A program made the translations under genes and the position numbers. This document shows, in pieces, positions 17,137-27,307 of a stretch of 41,363 nucleotides of DNA. Position 1 is the stretch's first letter. Each line of letters starts with the position of its first letter. The stretch covers positions 1-41,363 of the forward strand of contig JBEVLH010000158.1 of NCBI GenBank assembly GCA_040509255.1, given 5' to 3'. The notes under the pieces were generated by a model. It ran no database searches and was not told where the DNA came from. It was given only the letters and a program-made list of their open reading frames with translations. Source of the stretch: Hyphomicrobium sp. GTDB lineage: Bacteria; Pseudomonadota; Alphaproteobacteria; Rhizobiales; Hyphomicrobiaceae.

Positions 17137-17158
17137 CGGCCCATGAAAGGCCGTCAGA

Positions 17159-18211
17159 TCATGCCGCTTCTTCGACGGCAGACGAAGCAGACGCTTCGGT
17201 TTCAGCCAAGCGACGGCCCTTGGCGCTCTTCGAAAGGATCTCCGTGATCCTCTGGACGGCGCCACGCTCATCGAGCTTTTCGACGGCGGCAAGTTCGCGA
17301 GCCATGCGATCGAGCGCATCCTCATAGAGCTGACGCTCGGAATAGGACTGCTCGGGCTGCGCTTCGGAGCGATAGAGGTCGCGGACGACTTCAGCGATCG
17401 AAATGAGATCGCCAGAGTTGATCTTGGCGACGTACTCCTGAGCGCGGCGGCTCCACATCGTACGCTTGACGCGGGCGCGGCCCTTCAACGTTTCCATCGC
17501 CTTCTTGACAAGGCCTTCGTCAGCGAGCTTGCGCATTCCGACGCTCGCGAGCTTGCCGGTGGGGACGCGCAGGGTCAGCTTTTCCTTGTCGAAGGTGATG
17601 ACAAAGAGTTCGAGTGCCATGCCGGCGATTTCCTGCTCCTCGATGCCGACGATGCGGCCGACGCCGTGAGCGGGATAGACGACGAATTCGTTGGCTTTGA
17701 AACCGTGCCGCTGGCTGACCGGCTTCTTCTGTACAGCGAGTATCTGACGAGCGGCCGCAGACTTCTCTGCAACGTCCTTCGGGGACGCCGGCTGCTGAGC
17801 CGTTGCGACTGGAGCAGAAATCTTCTGGTTCGCCGCCTTGTGGGCGTTAGCCGGCACGGCGACGGCGCGCTGCGGGGCAGCCGCGGCTGCGGTTTTGGCG
17901 TTCAGCTGAGCAGCGGCGACGTGCGGCGCTACCGGCGTATGCGTGGCCGGCTTCTTCGCGACTGGAGCGGTCTCAACCTTGGCCGACGACTTCACCGACG
18001 ACTTGGCCGCGACGACGGGCGCTGGCTTCTTCGCAGACTTGGCAGCAATCGGCTGTGCGAGCTTGGTCTTGGCAGGCGCCTCGGCCTTGGCTTTGACGGC
18101 GGGCTTGGCGACCTTATTGGCGCTTGCTCCAACCTTCAGAGGCATGGACTTTCGAACGGCACTCTTAGCTGCGGACTTGGGGCTGACCGGAGCTTTTTTC
18201 TTTTGAGCCAT
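17159..18211 (-). CDS. carD: CarD/CdnL-family RNA polymerase-binding regulator with long Ala/Lys/Pro-rich N-terminal extension
   Basis: VVYPAHGVGRI RID motif, KRTMWSRRAQEY, SYSERQLYE; downstream of fdxA as usual in Alphaproteobacteria. Confidence 0.93.
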   Translation of the reverse strand: MAQKKKAPVSPKSAAKSAVRKSMPLKVGASANKVAKPAVKAKAEAPAKTKLAQPIAAKSAKKPAPVVAAKSSVKSSAKVETAPVAKKPATHTPVAPHVAAAQLNAKTAAAAAPQRAVAVPANAHKAANQKISAPVATAQQPASPKDVAEKSAAARQILAVQKKPVSQRHGFKANEFVVYPAHGVGRIVGIEEQEIAGMALELFVITFDKEKLTLRVPTGKLASVGMRKLADEGLVKKAMETLKGRARVKRTMWSRRAQEYVAKINSGDLISIAEVVRDLYRSEAQPEQSYSERQLYEDALDRMARELAAVEKLDERGAVQRITEILSKSAKGRRLAETEASASSAVEEAA

Positions 18212-18533
18212 ATCAATCTCTCACTCTCGCATACTGGGCTCCGCCGGAATGGCCCGGCTCGACCGTCGGTCCGTCCCGGGGGAGACGGAGCATCCCTGCT
18301 GCGGATCAAGCCGGCATCCGAACAGCAAGCGCGCATTGACCCGAGCCTCGTCCGTTACGAGAGGCCGACCCCTGCGCGCCCATTTTTGGCCTAGCTTCGC
18401 AAATCCTGTCCGACTCTGAAGTGGCCCAGTGACGCCCCATAACGTCTTGTTGAGAGCTGCCCTTCAGAGTTGGGCATCCCCCTTTTGTTCACGGCCGTTC
18501 CGGATTTGTGCAGACTTAACGCCATCGCAACTG

Positions 18534-18562
18534 ACTCTAACACAGTATTGACGGCAATTGAA
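18534..18562 (-). promoter_or_regulatory. Putative carD promoter with extended -10
   Basis: Minus strand TTCAAT-N17-TAGAGT with TG one base before the -10; a GANTC site overlaps the -10. Confidence 0.5.
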
Positions 18563-18681
18563 GGGTCGCTGTCTGAGACAATCTGGACGAGCTTAAATCC
18601 GCATTTAAATTAACGCGCCAAACCAAGGGCTTAAATAAGGACGGCCCTAAGAGGTTTCAAGAATCCACTAGTGAAGCAAAT

Positions 18682-19020
18682 TCAATCCCCTGAACCTGGG
18701 TTCGGGGAAAAATATTTCTCAAATTTATCAGCTTCGTCTTTGGCCGCGTCTGCGTCGGGAAGAGCCGCCTTTTTGGCGGTAATGTTCGGCCAGCTTTCAG
18801 AGTACTGGCGGTTCAGCTCCATCCATTTCTCGAGGTTGGGCTCGGTGTCCGGCTTGATCGCGTCGACAGGGCATTCGGGCTCACATACCCCACAGTCGAT
18901 GCACTCGTCGGGATGGATGACGAGCATGTTCTCGCCTTCATAGAAGCAGTCTACCGGGCAGACCTCGACGCAATCGGTGTATTTGCACTTGATGCATTTC
19001 TCATTGACGACGTAGGTCAT
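18682..19020 (-). CDS. fdxA: Ferredoxin (FdxA family)
   Basis: [23 protein letters not shown]...[12 protein letters not shown]. Confidence 0.95.
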   Translation of the reverse strand: MTYVVNEKCIKCKYTDCVEVCPVDCFYEGENMLVIHPDECIDCGVCEPECPVDAIKPDTEPNLEKWMELNRQYSESWPNITAKKAALPDADAAKDEADKFEKYFSPNPGSGD

Positions 19021-19149
19021 TCGAATTCCTGGTCCTCGAATTGGTCGCAGAGCGGTATTGCCGGCGTCTCAAACCGATTTCCCTGCGATCCAGCGGCGCC
19101 CTTATTACCATAGGCGACACGGCTGCCTAGGTGGACCGGGAGTCACAGT

Positions 19150-19563
19150 TCAATCGCGTCCTCTAAGTTTGTCGATCACGCGACGTTCTCGCTTCGTTGG
19201 CCGTCCGCTTCCCTCGCCTCGGGCGGCCTGACGCGCGAAGGAGTTTGCTTCCGCCGACCGGTCCGCTGCCTCCGGCGGCGACTTCGGGGCCAGGTCGCGG
19301 TAGAGCGTCTGTGCCTCGGGGGCCGGACCGCGGCGGGAGCCGATGCCGAGGATCTCGATGCTGACAACGCGGGGACCCAGCGAGAGCGTTAGCACATCGC
19401 CGGGCCGGACGATGGTGCTCGTTTTGTCGATCTTTACGCGATTGACGCGAACCTTACCCCGCTCGATCAGAGCCTGAGCGAGCGTCCGGGACTTTGCGAT
19501 GCGGGCGTACCAGAGCCACCGGTCGATCCGTTGCAGCGCTACCGCGGGGCCGGCGTCAGGCAT
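19150..19563 (-). CDS. S4-domain RNA-binding protein (Hsp15/HslR-like)
   Basis: RIDRWLWYARIAKSRTLA...GKVRVN and C-terminal GRPTKRERR. Confidence 0.88.
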   Translation of the reverse strand: MPDAGPAVALQRIDRWLWYARIAKSRTLAQALIERGKVRVNRVKIDKTSTIVRPGDVLTLSLGPRVVSIEILGIGSRRGPAPEAQTLYRDLAPKSPPEAADRSAEANSFARQAARGEGSGRPTKRERRVIDKLRGRD

Positions 19564-19567
19564 GCCG

Positions 19568-22500
19568 TCAGGTCGAGCCGGAGCCTTCGCTCCGCTTTTC
19601 CATCTGCGCTTTCAAGGCAGCGAGCGCGGCGAAGGGCGAAGACGAATCGGCGGCTGCCGATTTCGGTGGGGCTGCCGAAATCACCTGGGGTGAGCGCCGC
19701 TCCTCGCGCCGTCGGCCATCGTCGCGGCGGCCCTTGCGATCGTCCTCGCGGCGCGGGCGGCCGCCCTCATCCTTGCGCTGCCCGTGCTCGCCGTTGCGGC
19801 CTTCGAAGCGTGGGCGATTGCCGCGATCCTCGCGCCGGTCGGGAGGACGCTGGTTCGGGCGATCCGAGCGCTCGGTCGTGCCGGCGCCGGCGCCTGATGT
19901 TGGCGCTGCAGCGGTGCTGTTCGCCGGCGGCGTGGCGGTCGCCTGGTTGTTGCGATGTCCCTGGCCATGAGAACGGTGCCGGCCCTGACCGCCTTCGCGA
20001 CGCTGGTTGTTCTCCCGTCGCTCCGGACGCTGATGGCGGCGCGGCCGCCAGATGTCCTCGAATTTCTGAACCTCGGGTTCGGACACTGCAGCCGGCGGGA
20101 CGTCGGATGCGGGAGATGTCGCCGGGGCTTCAGATTCCACAGGCGCTTCGGGAGCGGCAGCCGCCGCGATTTCCGCGTCCGCGGTCTCTGCCGGGACCGG
20201 CGCTTCGGTGCTTTCGGGGACGGCGGTGGTCGCATCCTCGCTTGCGGGTGCCGTTTCGTTCGCGATGGGCGCAGCAAGTGGCGTCGCGGGCGCGATCGGG
20301 CGACGTTCGAGACGGAAGCCGAGCGCTTTGAGGACTTCGCTCAGTTCCTCGGCCGAGCAACCAAGTATGGACATCATGTCATCGGTGGCGCGGAAGCCGC
20401 CATCACCGGTCGAGCCCTTCGGCGGCGCATCGGTTTTGCCCGGTCCCGAGCGCCACGCCAGGAGCGGGCGGATCAGATCGGCCAGTCGCTCCAGGATGTC
20501 GAGGCGGACAGCGCGGGGCCCACAAACGTGAAAGCCGTGGGCGCGATAGAGAGCTTCAGGCGTCGCCGGATCGACGACGACCGACGTCAGCCCCGGACGC
20601 GGCAATTGCGGTGTCGTGCCATTGGCGGTCGGATGCTTCAGCAGCCACAACGTGGCGGCGAGATCGGCCGGTGCAGGCTTCAGCATGATGGGGAAGAAGA
20701 TGTTGAACGCGCCGAAGCGCAGGCCGAACTTGCGGAGCTCGGCGCGCGCTGCCTGATCGAGTGCGTTGATCTCGTCCGCCACGCCTTCGCGCTTCAGGGC
20801 GCCGAGACCCTCCTTGAGCTGAAACGCGATGCCACGCGCCAAGCCGTGCAACTCGGTGCTGTTCGCCATCTCGACAAGAGGCTTCAGCTTGTCCGTGATC
20901 GTGTCGTCGATCCAGGTCTTGATGCGAGCCTGCACTTTTTCGCGATCGGCTTCGCTCATCGCCTCATCGACAAGCAGGGTGACGCCAGGATGAAGCGGAT
21001 CGTCCGCCGGCTCGAGCTTGGCGATTTCGTCGTCGCGCCAGACCACCATGCCGTTGCGGGTAATCTTCAGGGCATCGTTCTGGGCAGCCGCGACACGGCG
21101 CGCGCGCATGCCAAGTTCACGCGTGACGACTTGCATGGCCGCCTGACGCGTCGCCTTCTCGTGAATGCCGTCGGCTGCGGTATCTTGCGTGAAGCGAAAG
21201 CCCTTCAAGCGACCGACGAAATGATTTTCGACGGTGATGGCGCCGTCATCGGCGATGTCGGCGGTCAGTTCGTCCTTGTCTCGCATGCCTTTCATCAGAG
21301 CGCTGGTCCGACGATCCACGAACCTCTGCGTCAGGCTTTCGTGCATGGCGTCGGAGAGACTGTCTTCGATAGCGCGTGTTCGCTCCTGCCAATGCGCCGG
21401 ATCTTTCAGCCAGTCGGGGCGATTGGCGACGAAGGTCCAGGTGCGAATGTGCGCAATGCGGGTCGAGAGCGTGTCGATATCGCCGTCGGTCCGGTCGGCA
21501 AGCGCGACCTGCTTGGCGAACCAGTCCTCGGGGATGCGATTGTCGCCTGTCGTCAGATGGCGGTAAAGATTCGAGACGAGTTCGGAATGGCTCTGACCGG
21601 AGATCTTGCGATAGTCCGGAAGCTGACAGACCTCCCACAGAAGCTCGACGCGCGGTCGAGATGTGGCGATGTCGGCAATTTCGCGGTCGGAACTCAAAGC
21701 TTCGAGCGCGGCCACGTCGTCGGCGGTACGGGCGCGCGTCAGACGCTGCTCGCGGGGCAATTCACGAAGCGATGCATGGAGCGCATCGAGGGTCGAGAAA
21801 TCAAGTTTGCGATTGCGCCACTGCAGGGTGCGAATGCTGTCGAAGCTGTGGGTTTCGAGACGTTCGACCATGTCGGCATCGAGCGGTTCGGCACCGCCCG
21901 TCACGCCGAACGTGCCATCATTCATGTGGCGACCGGCGCGGCCCGCGATCTGGCCGATCTCGCCCGGCGTCAGGTTGCGATGATTATGGCCATCGAATTT
22001 GCGAAGCGCAGAGAAGGCGACATGATCGACGTCGAGATTGAGGCCCATGCCGATCGCGTCGGTCGCGATGAGGAACTCGACGTCACCCGACTGATAAAGC
22101 GCGACCTGGGCGTTTCTCGTGCGCGGGGAGAGTGCACCAAGGACGACGGCGGCGCCGCCACGCTGGCGGCGGATCAATTCGGCAAGCGCGTAAACTTCCT
22201 GCGCGGAAAACGCGACGATCGCTGAGCGCGCGGGCAGGCGCGTGATTTTCTTTTCGCCGCTGTAGGTCAGTTTCGAGAGACGAGGGCGCGAGATAAAATT
22301 CGCACCGGGAATGAGATCGGAAATGGCGTCGCGCATCGTCTGCGCGCCAAGCAGTAATGTTTCGGACCGGCCGCGTGCATGGAGGAGGCGGTCGGTGAAG
22401 ACGTGTCCGCGTTCGGGATCGCCGGCGAGCTGGATTTCGTCGATCGCAAGAAAATCGACATCGATATCGCGCGGCATCGCTTCGACGGTCGATACCCAAT

Positions 22501-22735
22501 AGCGCGCACGCTCGGGCTTGATCTTTTCCTCGCCGGTGATGAGCGCGACCTTATCGGCGCCGACGCGCTGCTTGATGCGGTCGTAGACTTCGCGCGCGAG
22601 CAGGCGCAGCGGGAGGCCGATCATGCCGCTTTCGTGACCGAGCATTCGCTCGATCGCCAGATGCGTCTTGCCGGTGTTGGTTGGTCCGAGCACCGCCGTC
22701 ACGTTTCGGATGCGGGCTTCCAGATCACTTGCCAT
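19568..22735 (-). CDS. SF2 ATP-dependent RNA helicase, Suv3-like
   Basis: GPTNTGKT, PLRLLARE, DEIQL, ATDAIGMGLN, QIAGRAGR; long disordered acidic then Arg-rich C-terminus. Start 22735 or 22744. Confidence 0.9.
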   Translation of the reverse strand: MASDLEARIRNVTAVLGPTNTGKTHLAIERMLGHESGMIGLPLRLLAREVYDRIKQRVGADKVALITGEEKIKPERARYWVSTVEAMPRDIDVDFLAIDEIQLAGDPERGHVFTDRLLHARGRSETLLLGAQTMRDAISDLIPGANFISRPRLSKLTYSGEKKITRLPARSAIVAFSAQEVYALAELIRRQRGGAAVVLGALSPRTRNAQVALYQSGDVEFLIATDAIGMGLNLDVDHVAFSALRKFDGHNHRNLTPGEIGQIAGRAGRHMNDGTFGVTGGAEPLDADMVERLETHSFDSIRTLQWRNRKLDFSTLDALHASLRELPREQRLTRARTADDVAALEALSSDREIADIATSRPRVELLWEVCQLPDYRKISGQSHSELVSNLYRHLTTGDNRIPEDWFAKQVALADRTDGDIDTLSTRIAHIRTWTFVANRPDWLKDPAHWQERTRAIEDSLSDAMHESLTQRFVDRRTSALMKGMRDKDELTADIADDGAITVENHFVGRLKGFRFTQDTAADGIHEKATRQAAMQVVTRELGMRARRVAAAQNDALKITRNGMVVWRDDEIAKLEPADDPLHPGVTLLVDEAMSEADREKVQARIKTWIDDTITDKLKPLVEMANSTELHGLARGIAFQLKEGLGALKREGVADEINALDQAARAELRKFGLRFGAFNIFFPIMLKPAPADLAATLWLLKHPTANGTTPQLPRPGLTSVVVDPATPEALYRAHGFHVCGPRAVRLDILERLADLIRPLLAWRSGPGKTDAPPKGSTGDGGFRATDDMMSILGCSAEELSEVLKALGFRLERRPIAPATPLAAPIANETAPASEDATTAVPESTEAPVPAETADAEIAAAAAPEAPVESEAPATSPASDVPPAAVSEPEVQKFEDIWRPRRHQRPERRENNQRREGGQGRHRSHGQGHRNNQATATPPANSTAAAPTSGAGAGTTERSDRPNQRPPDRREDRGNRPRFEGRNGEHGQRKDEGGRPRREDDRKGRRDDGRRREERRSPQVISAAPPKSAAADSSSPFAALAALKAQMEKRSEGSGST

Positions 22736-22853
22736 GTCGTGCATTGACTCCGATCGAGCCCCCGGCATTGCAGAGGAGGGCCCAGAGATCAAGGATAAAT
22801 CGGCCTGCCCATAAAGAGTGTCGCGTTGCCTAGAACCTCGCGCGCGGCGGGCA

Positions 22854-23711
22854 TCATTGCGTCAACGCGATCTGCTGGTTGTTTGCGGCCGTGATGTTAA
22901 TCGTGTCAGCGGTCATGACCGCCGGCCCAATGGTCGAGGGCACGGTAATCCGGTAGGGCACGTAAATGCCGGCCTTCGGCACCGCCCGCAGCGCAATTTC
23001 AATATTGTTGTAGTCGATCCAGGGATTGACGAAATCTTTCGGCTTGTGGCCGGCGATGGGAATGTATTTCACGCGGCACACGACCAGTTCCTTCGGCTGA
23101 CCCGAGGGATGTTTTTCGGCGATTTTCTCGCGGCCTTTGAAGGACAACCGCAAATCGTAACGGACCTTGCCGTCGAAGATCGGGATGGTGCGGTTGCAGG
23201 CGTCGGCCGGGGTGGCGTCGGACATCGCAAGCGTGGCTGCCATCGGATCGAAAACGTTCTTGAGGTTTTCGGGCTTCAGCTTGACGGCTTCCGGCGACGG
23301 CGACTTTTTCGGCAAGAGCGCGATCGACGACACGGCCGCGTCGGAGAACCCGAGCTTCACGGACGTCACTTTTTTCTTGGTTTTGTAGTTCATCTCAAAG
23401 GCTGCAGGCTGCACTCCGGACTGGGCGAGCGAACCGTTACCGGAGAAGCTGCCGACCCACTTGAAGGCGCCGAACAGCGCGGAGATTTCCGTCTTGCCGA
23501 CGGCCGTATACGATTTACCGGCGAAATGCGCGTCGAAGTTATAAACACCGACCTCGAAGCCATTGAAAGATAGCTTATAAACGGCCGAAACTTCATTCGG
23601 CCAAGAGTCCGACGCGGCGCGCGAACTCTCCAGCGGGAATGTGGCAGCGGCAACCGCGACGAGGCCCCATCCGGCGCTCCGCCACCGCGCACCGACACCC
23701 AAGATCGCCAT
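22854..23711 (-). CDS. DUF3108-family secreted protein
   Basis: Signal peptide; FDPMAA, C.RTIPIFDGKVRYDL, CRVKYIPIAGH motifs; usual position divergent from rpmB. Confidence 0.75.
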   Translation of the reverse strand: MAILGVGARWRSAGWGLVAVAAATFPLESSRAASDSWPNEVSAVYKLSFNGFEVGVYNFDAHFAGKSYTAVGKTEISALFGAFKWVGSFSGNGSLAQSGVQPAAFEMNYKTKKKVTSVKLGFSDAAVSSIALLPKKSPSPEAVKLKPENLKNVFDPMAATLAMSDATPADACNRTIPIFDGKVRYDLRLSFKGREKIAEKHPSGQPKELVVCRVKYIPIAGHKPKDFVNPWIDYNNIEIALRAVPKAGIYVPYRITVPSTIGPAVMTADTINITAANNQQIALTQ

Positions 23712-23832
23712 ATCTCGTACCTAATTGCCCCTTCAGCTAAGAAACGGGGTACGCTTCGTTTGCGACTATTCTTGGACTTTGAGGTATTTCCCGCCCCCCA
23801 CAGGCCGCCTAATCCGCGGTCTCTCACGGGCG

Positions 23833-23863
23833 CTTGACGGGTGTCCGGCATGTCAATTATACA
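23833..23863 (+). promoter_or_regulatory. Putative rpmB sigma70 promoter
   Basis: CTTGACG with TTATAC/TATACA at 17-18 bp spacing. Confidence 0.55.
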
Positions 23864-23972
23864 GCAGCCGAAACCCCCGCTGGCTCTGCTCGCGGGGCGC
23901 AATTTTTTTGCTGAGACAGCAAGATTTCGATCGACCGCCCTCGGATTTGAGAGCGCGGCATAGGAGAGTGTT

Positions 23973-24269
23973 ATGACCAGGCGCTGCGAGCTGACGGGGA
24001 CTCTGCCCCTCTCAGGCCAACTCAGGAGCCATGCCGAGAACAAGACGAAGCGCAAGTTCCGTCCGAACCTGTGCCACGTCACGTTGCTGAGCGACGTGCT
24101 TGGGCGGAAGGTTCGCCTGCGCGTATCGGCGCGAGCGCTGAAGTCGGTCGAGCATCGCGGTGGCCTCGATGCCTTTCTGCTGAAGGCGGACAACGAAGAG
24201 CTTTCGCAGACCTGCCTGAGGCTCAAGCGAGAGATCCAGAAGGCCAAGTCAGCCAAGGCTGCGGCCTGA
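23973..24269 (+). CDS. rpmB: 50S ribosomal protein L28
   Basis: MTRRCELTG...[15 protein letters not shown]...GGLDAFL; AGGAG RBS. Confidence 0.97.
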   Translation: MTRRCELTGTLPLSGQLRSHAENKTKRKFRPNLCHVTLLSDVLGRKVRLRVSARALKSVEHRGGLDAFLLKADNEELSQTCLRLKREIQKAKSAKAAA

Positions 24270-24291
24270 TCTCAGCGGGTCTTAGCGGTTA

Positions 24292-25386
24292 TCAAAGCCC
24301 GGCTTCATTCGGCGGCCGGGCTTTCGCTTGCCTGCTGCCGTTCAACAGGAATTGCAGAAGTATCGTGCGCTGAATCAGCGGATCGAAATTGTCGTCCGAG
24401 ATCATCGTGATCAGCACATCGCCGGAGTGGAGGCGCGTGACGGCCAGGCCCTCCATGTTGTCGATGTTGTCGTTCATGTCGGCTTCGATGAGGGTTTCGC
24501 CTTCGATGGTGTGGTCGAGCGCCAGTGCTTCGGGCGCGACGCGGATAAGGCGCATCTTCACGCCTTCGAGCCAGCGGAAGCGGCGTTCCAAGACGAAGAG
24601 CGTTCCATCTTCGAGGCTCGCGATGTCGGTGATGTCGAAGTCACCGACGTTCTTCAGATGGATGGTCTGAGGGCCGTCCTTGGTCCAGAGCCAGCCGGTG
24701 TGGTTGCGGGCGGAATCGTACAGCCGCTCTGAAAACGCGATCGGCCAGCCCTTGTAGGGACCGCCTTTCAGGATCGTCAGCGCTTCGAAGCCTTTGTTCG
24801 GATCCATGCGCGCTGCGGCGGCGGGCAGCTTGAGGGCAACGTTCGCCGCTTTGACGCCCGTGGGGCTGAGGGAATACCGTTCGATGCGATGGCGATCTTC
24901 GAAGCCGATGAGCACCGAGCCGTGCTGGAACGTGCCGCCTTCGAGAGCAATCGATTCGGAATCGCGGTCGCGGCTGCGCGCGATGGGACGACCCGAGGGG
25001 TTTAGCAGCGGGCCGAGACGAGCGTTCGTGACGCCCGTCGGACGCTTGCCGGCATAGGTCAGAGTGCCGGTCATCCAGACCCCGGTATCGGAGAGGGCGA
25101 AAAACGATTTCGCGTCGTCGTCGACAAGGAGGCCGGACCAGCCGCCGAAATAGGCCGATGGCGACGTCAGCACGACGCCGCCAACAAAGGTCAGCTTGCC
25201 GAGCCGCCGATCGGGGCCATCGCGAACAAAGGACGTCACGGGCTCAGCATTGACGACAATCGGCCCGGCTTCGAGATCAGAGATATCGGGCTTGGCGTCC
25301 GCTCGTGAGGCAGCGGTGCCGACGAGAAGCAAGGCAATCGCGACCGCCGATCGACTGAACACCACCGCGCGCAAAAGCAACCTCAA
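24292..25386 (-). CDS. Esterase-like activity of phytase family secreted protein
   Basis: Signal peptide; [42 protein letters not shown] start overlaps the cobT stop. Confidence 0.82.
   Translation of the reverse strand: MRLLLRAVVFSRSAVAIALLLVGTAASRADAKPDISDLEAGPIVVNAEPVTSFVRDGPDRRLGKLTFVGGVVLTSPSAYFGGWSGLLVDDDAKSFFALSDTGVWMTGTLTYAGKRPTGVTNARLGPLLNPSGRPIARSRDRDSESIALEGGTFQHGSVLIGFEDRHRIERYSLSPTGVKAANVALKLPAAAARMDPNKGFEALTILKGGPYKGWPIAFSERLYDSARNHTGWLWTKDGPQTIHLKNVGDFDITDIASLEDGTLFVLERRFRWLEGVKMRLIRVAPEALALDHTIEGETLIEADMNDNIDNMEGLAVTRLHSGDVLITMISDDNFDPLIQRTILLQFLLNGSRQAKARPPNEAGL
24294..24324. terminator. Likely bidirectional terminator between rpmB and the convergent gene
   Basis: AAAGCCCGGC...GCCGGGCTTT inverted repeat. 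Confidence 0.55.
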
Positions 25387-27275
25387 TGGGTGCGCGCCGA
25401 GCGATGGCGGCTCGCGCCGACTTGATCGGCTTCGTGCTTTTCTTCGAACAGCTCGACGAGTTTTTCGGTCATCGCACCCGCCAGCTCCGAGGCGTCGGTG
25501 ATGGTGACGGCCCGCTGATAATATCTGGTCACATCGTGGCCGATGCCGATCGCGATCAGCTCGACCGGCGAGTGGTTTTCGATCTCATGAATGACCTGGC
25601 GCAAATGCTGCTCGAGGTAGCTGCCGGAGTTCACCGAGAGCGTTGAATCATCGACTGGCGCGCCGTCGGAAATCATCATCAGGATGCGGCGCTGCTCGGG
25701 CCTGCCGACGAGACGCGCGTGCGCCCAAGCCAGCGCTTCGCCGTCGATGTTCTCCTTGAGCAAGCCTTCGCGCATCATCAGGGCGAGGGCATTCTTGGCG
25801 CGGCGCCACGGGGCGTCGGCGGTCTTATAGATGATATGGCGAAGATCGTTGAGGCGTCCCGGCGCGGGAGGCTTGCCCGCTGCCAACCATTCCTCGCGAG
25901 ACTGGCCGCCCTTCCAAGCCTTGGTCGTGAAGCCCAGGATCTCGACCTTCACGCCGCAGCGTTCGAGCGTGCGGGCGAGAATATCGGCGCAGCATGCCGC
26001 GACCATGATGGGACGTCCGCGCATCGAGCCCGAATTGTCGAGCAGCAGCGTCACCACCGTGTCGCGGAAGTCGGTGTCGCGCTCGCGCTTGAACGACAGC
26101 GCGCCAGTCGGATCGGTGATGATGCGCGTCAGCCGGGCGGCGTCGAGCTGGCCTTCTTCGAGGTCGAAATCCCACCCGCGATTTTGTTGCGCCAGCAAAC
26201 GCCGCTGCAGCTTGTTGGCAAGCTTGGCGACCGCCGTCGACAGCGTCTTCAGTTCCTTGTCGAGGAAAGCCCGAAGCCGTTCGAGTTCCTCCGGCGTGGA
26301 CAGTTCGGCGGCACCGACCTCTTCGTCATAAGCGCGCGTGAAAACCTTGTAGCCGAAGGCTTCCGGGTTATCGAGAACGGTCATGTTGGGACGCCATGGC
26401 GCCGGCGTCTCTTCGTCGTTGATGTCGCCGTCGTCGAGGTCTTGCGGCTCGGTCGAGCCCTGCTCCATCGTCTCTTCGGTCTCGGATAGATCGCCCTCGG
26501 AAAGCTGGTCCTCGCTTTCCTGATCCTGACCGTCGGCCGCGTCTTCGCTCTGCTCTTCCGAATCTTCCGAGCCGCCTTCGGCCGAGCCTTCCTCGTTTTC
26601 GTCCTCGTCTTCGTTGGGCTGCGGCTGATCGTTCTGATCTGCCATCTCGAGCGCTTTCAGAAGATCGCGGATCTGGCGGCCGAACTGCTCCTGATTTTCG
26701 GAGAGTGCTTCCAGCCTGTTCAAAAGCTTGCTGCCGCGAGATTCGATCGCGGACCGCCAGACGTCGACGAGCCCTTGCGTCGAGGCGGGCGGCTGCTGGC
26801 CCGTCAGACGTTCGCGGATGAGAAGCGCGAGGGCGTCTTCGAGCGGCGCTTCCGCGCGGGTCGTGACGGAGCGAAAGCGGCCGTGACTATATTGGTCTTC
26901 CAGGCGCGCCGTCAGGTTGGCGGCCATGCCCGGCATGCGCGCCGAGCCCAAGCCTTCGATGCGCGCACGCTCGGCTGCTTCGAAGACAGCGCGGGCCGGT
27001 CCCGGAGCCGGCGCGATCCGGCGATGAAGCTTGGCGTCATGGCAGCCTATGCGGAGCGCGAGGCTATCGGCCCAGCCGCGAGCGAGTGCGACGTCTTTCG
27101 CGGAGGGAGCGCGCGGCAGATCGGGAAGATGGACAGCCTTGCCGGAAACATCGCCCTTGCCGGGGCCGAAATCGACCTCGACTTCGCCGTCGCCGGCAAT
27201 GGCGCGCACCGCGGGAGCAAGTACGCGCTTCAGCGGTTCGGACGGTGCTTCCCGGCGTTTGGTGGTGGAGGTCAT
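25383..27275 (-). CDS. cobT: Aerobic cobaltochelatase subunit CobT (vWA)
   Basis: Acidic linker; [19 protein letters not shown]; [11 protein letters not shown]; [13 protein letters not shown]. Confidence 0.95.
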   Translation of the reverse strand: MTSTTKRREAPSEPLKRVLAPAVRAIAGDGEVEVDFGPGKGDVSGKAVHLPDLPRAPSAKDVALARGWADSLALRIGCHDAKLHRRIAPAPGPARAVFEAAERARIEGLGSARMPGMAANLTARLEDQYSHGRFRSVTTRAEAPLEDALALLIRERLTGQQPPASTQGLVDVWRSAIESRGSKLLNRLEALSENQEQFGRQIRDLLKALEMADQNDQPQPNEDEDENEEGSAEGGSEDSEEQSEDAADGQDQESEDQLSEGDLSETEETMEQGSTEPQDLDDGDINDEETPAPWRPNMTVLDNPEAFGYKVFTRAYDEEVGAAELSTPEELERLRAFLDKELKTLSTAVAKLANKLQRRLLAQQNRGWDFDLEEGQLDAARLTRIITDPTGALSFKRERDTDFRDTVVTLLLDNSGSMRGRPIMVAACCADILARTLERCGVKVEILGFTTKAWKGGQSREEWLAAGKPPAPGRLNDLRHIIYKTADAPWRRAKNALALMMREGLLKENIDGEALAWAHARLVGRPEQRRILMMISDGAPVDDSTLSVNSGSYLEQHLRQVIHEIENHSPVELIAIGIGHDVTRYYQRAVTITDASELAGAMTEKLVELFEEKHEADQVGASRHRSARTH

Positions 27276-27307
27276 GAACGGCCCATGTCGCGGCCCCGGT
27301 CGATCGA

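Noticed and set aside
18398-18510. 6S RNA
   Set aside because: The hairpin lacks a two-sided central bubble and the usual zapA/ygfA context; kept only as an unexplained structure.
18593-18614. CtrA box upstream of carD
   Set aside because: The TTAA elements are spaced by 8 and 1 nt, not the TTAA-N7-TTAA consensus.
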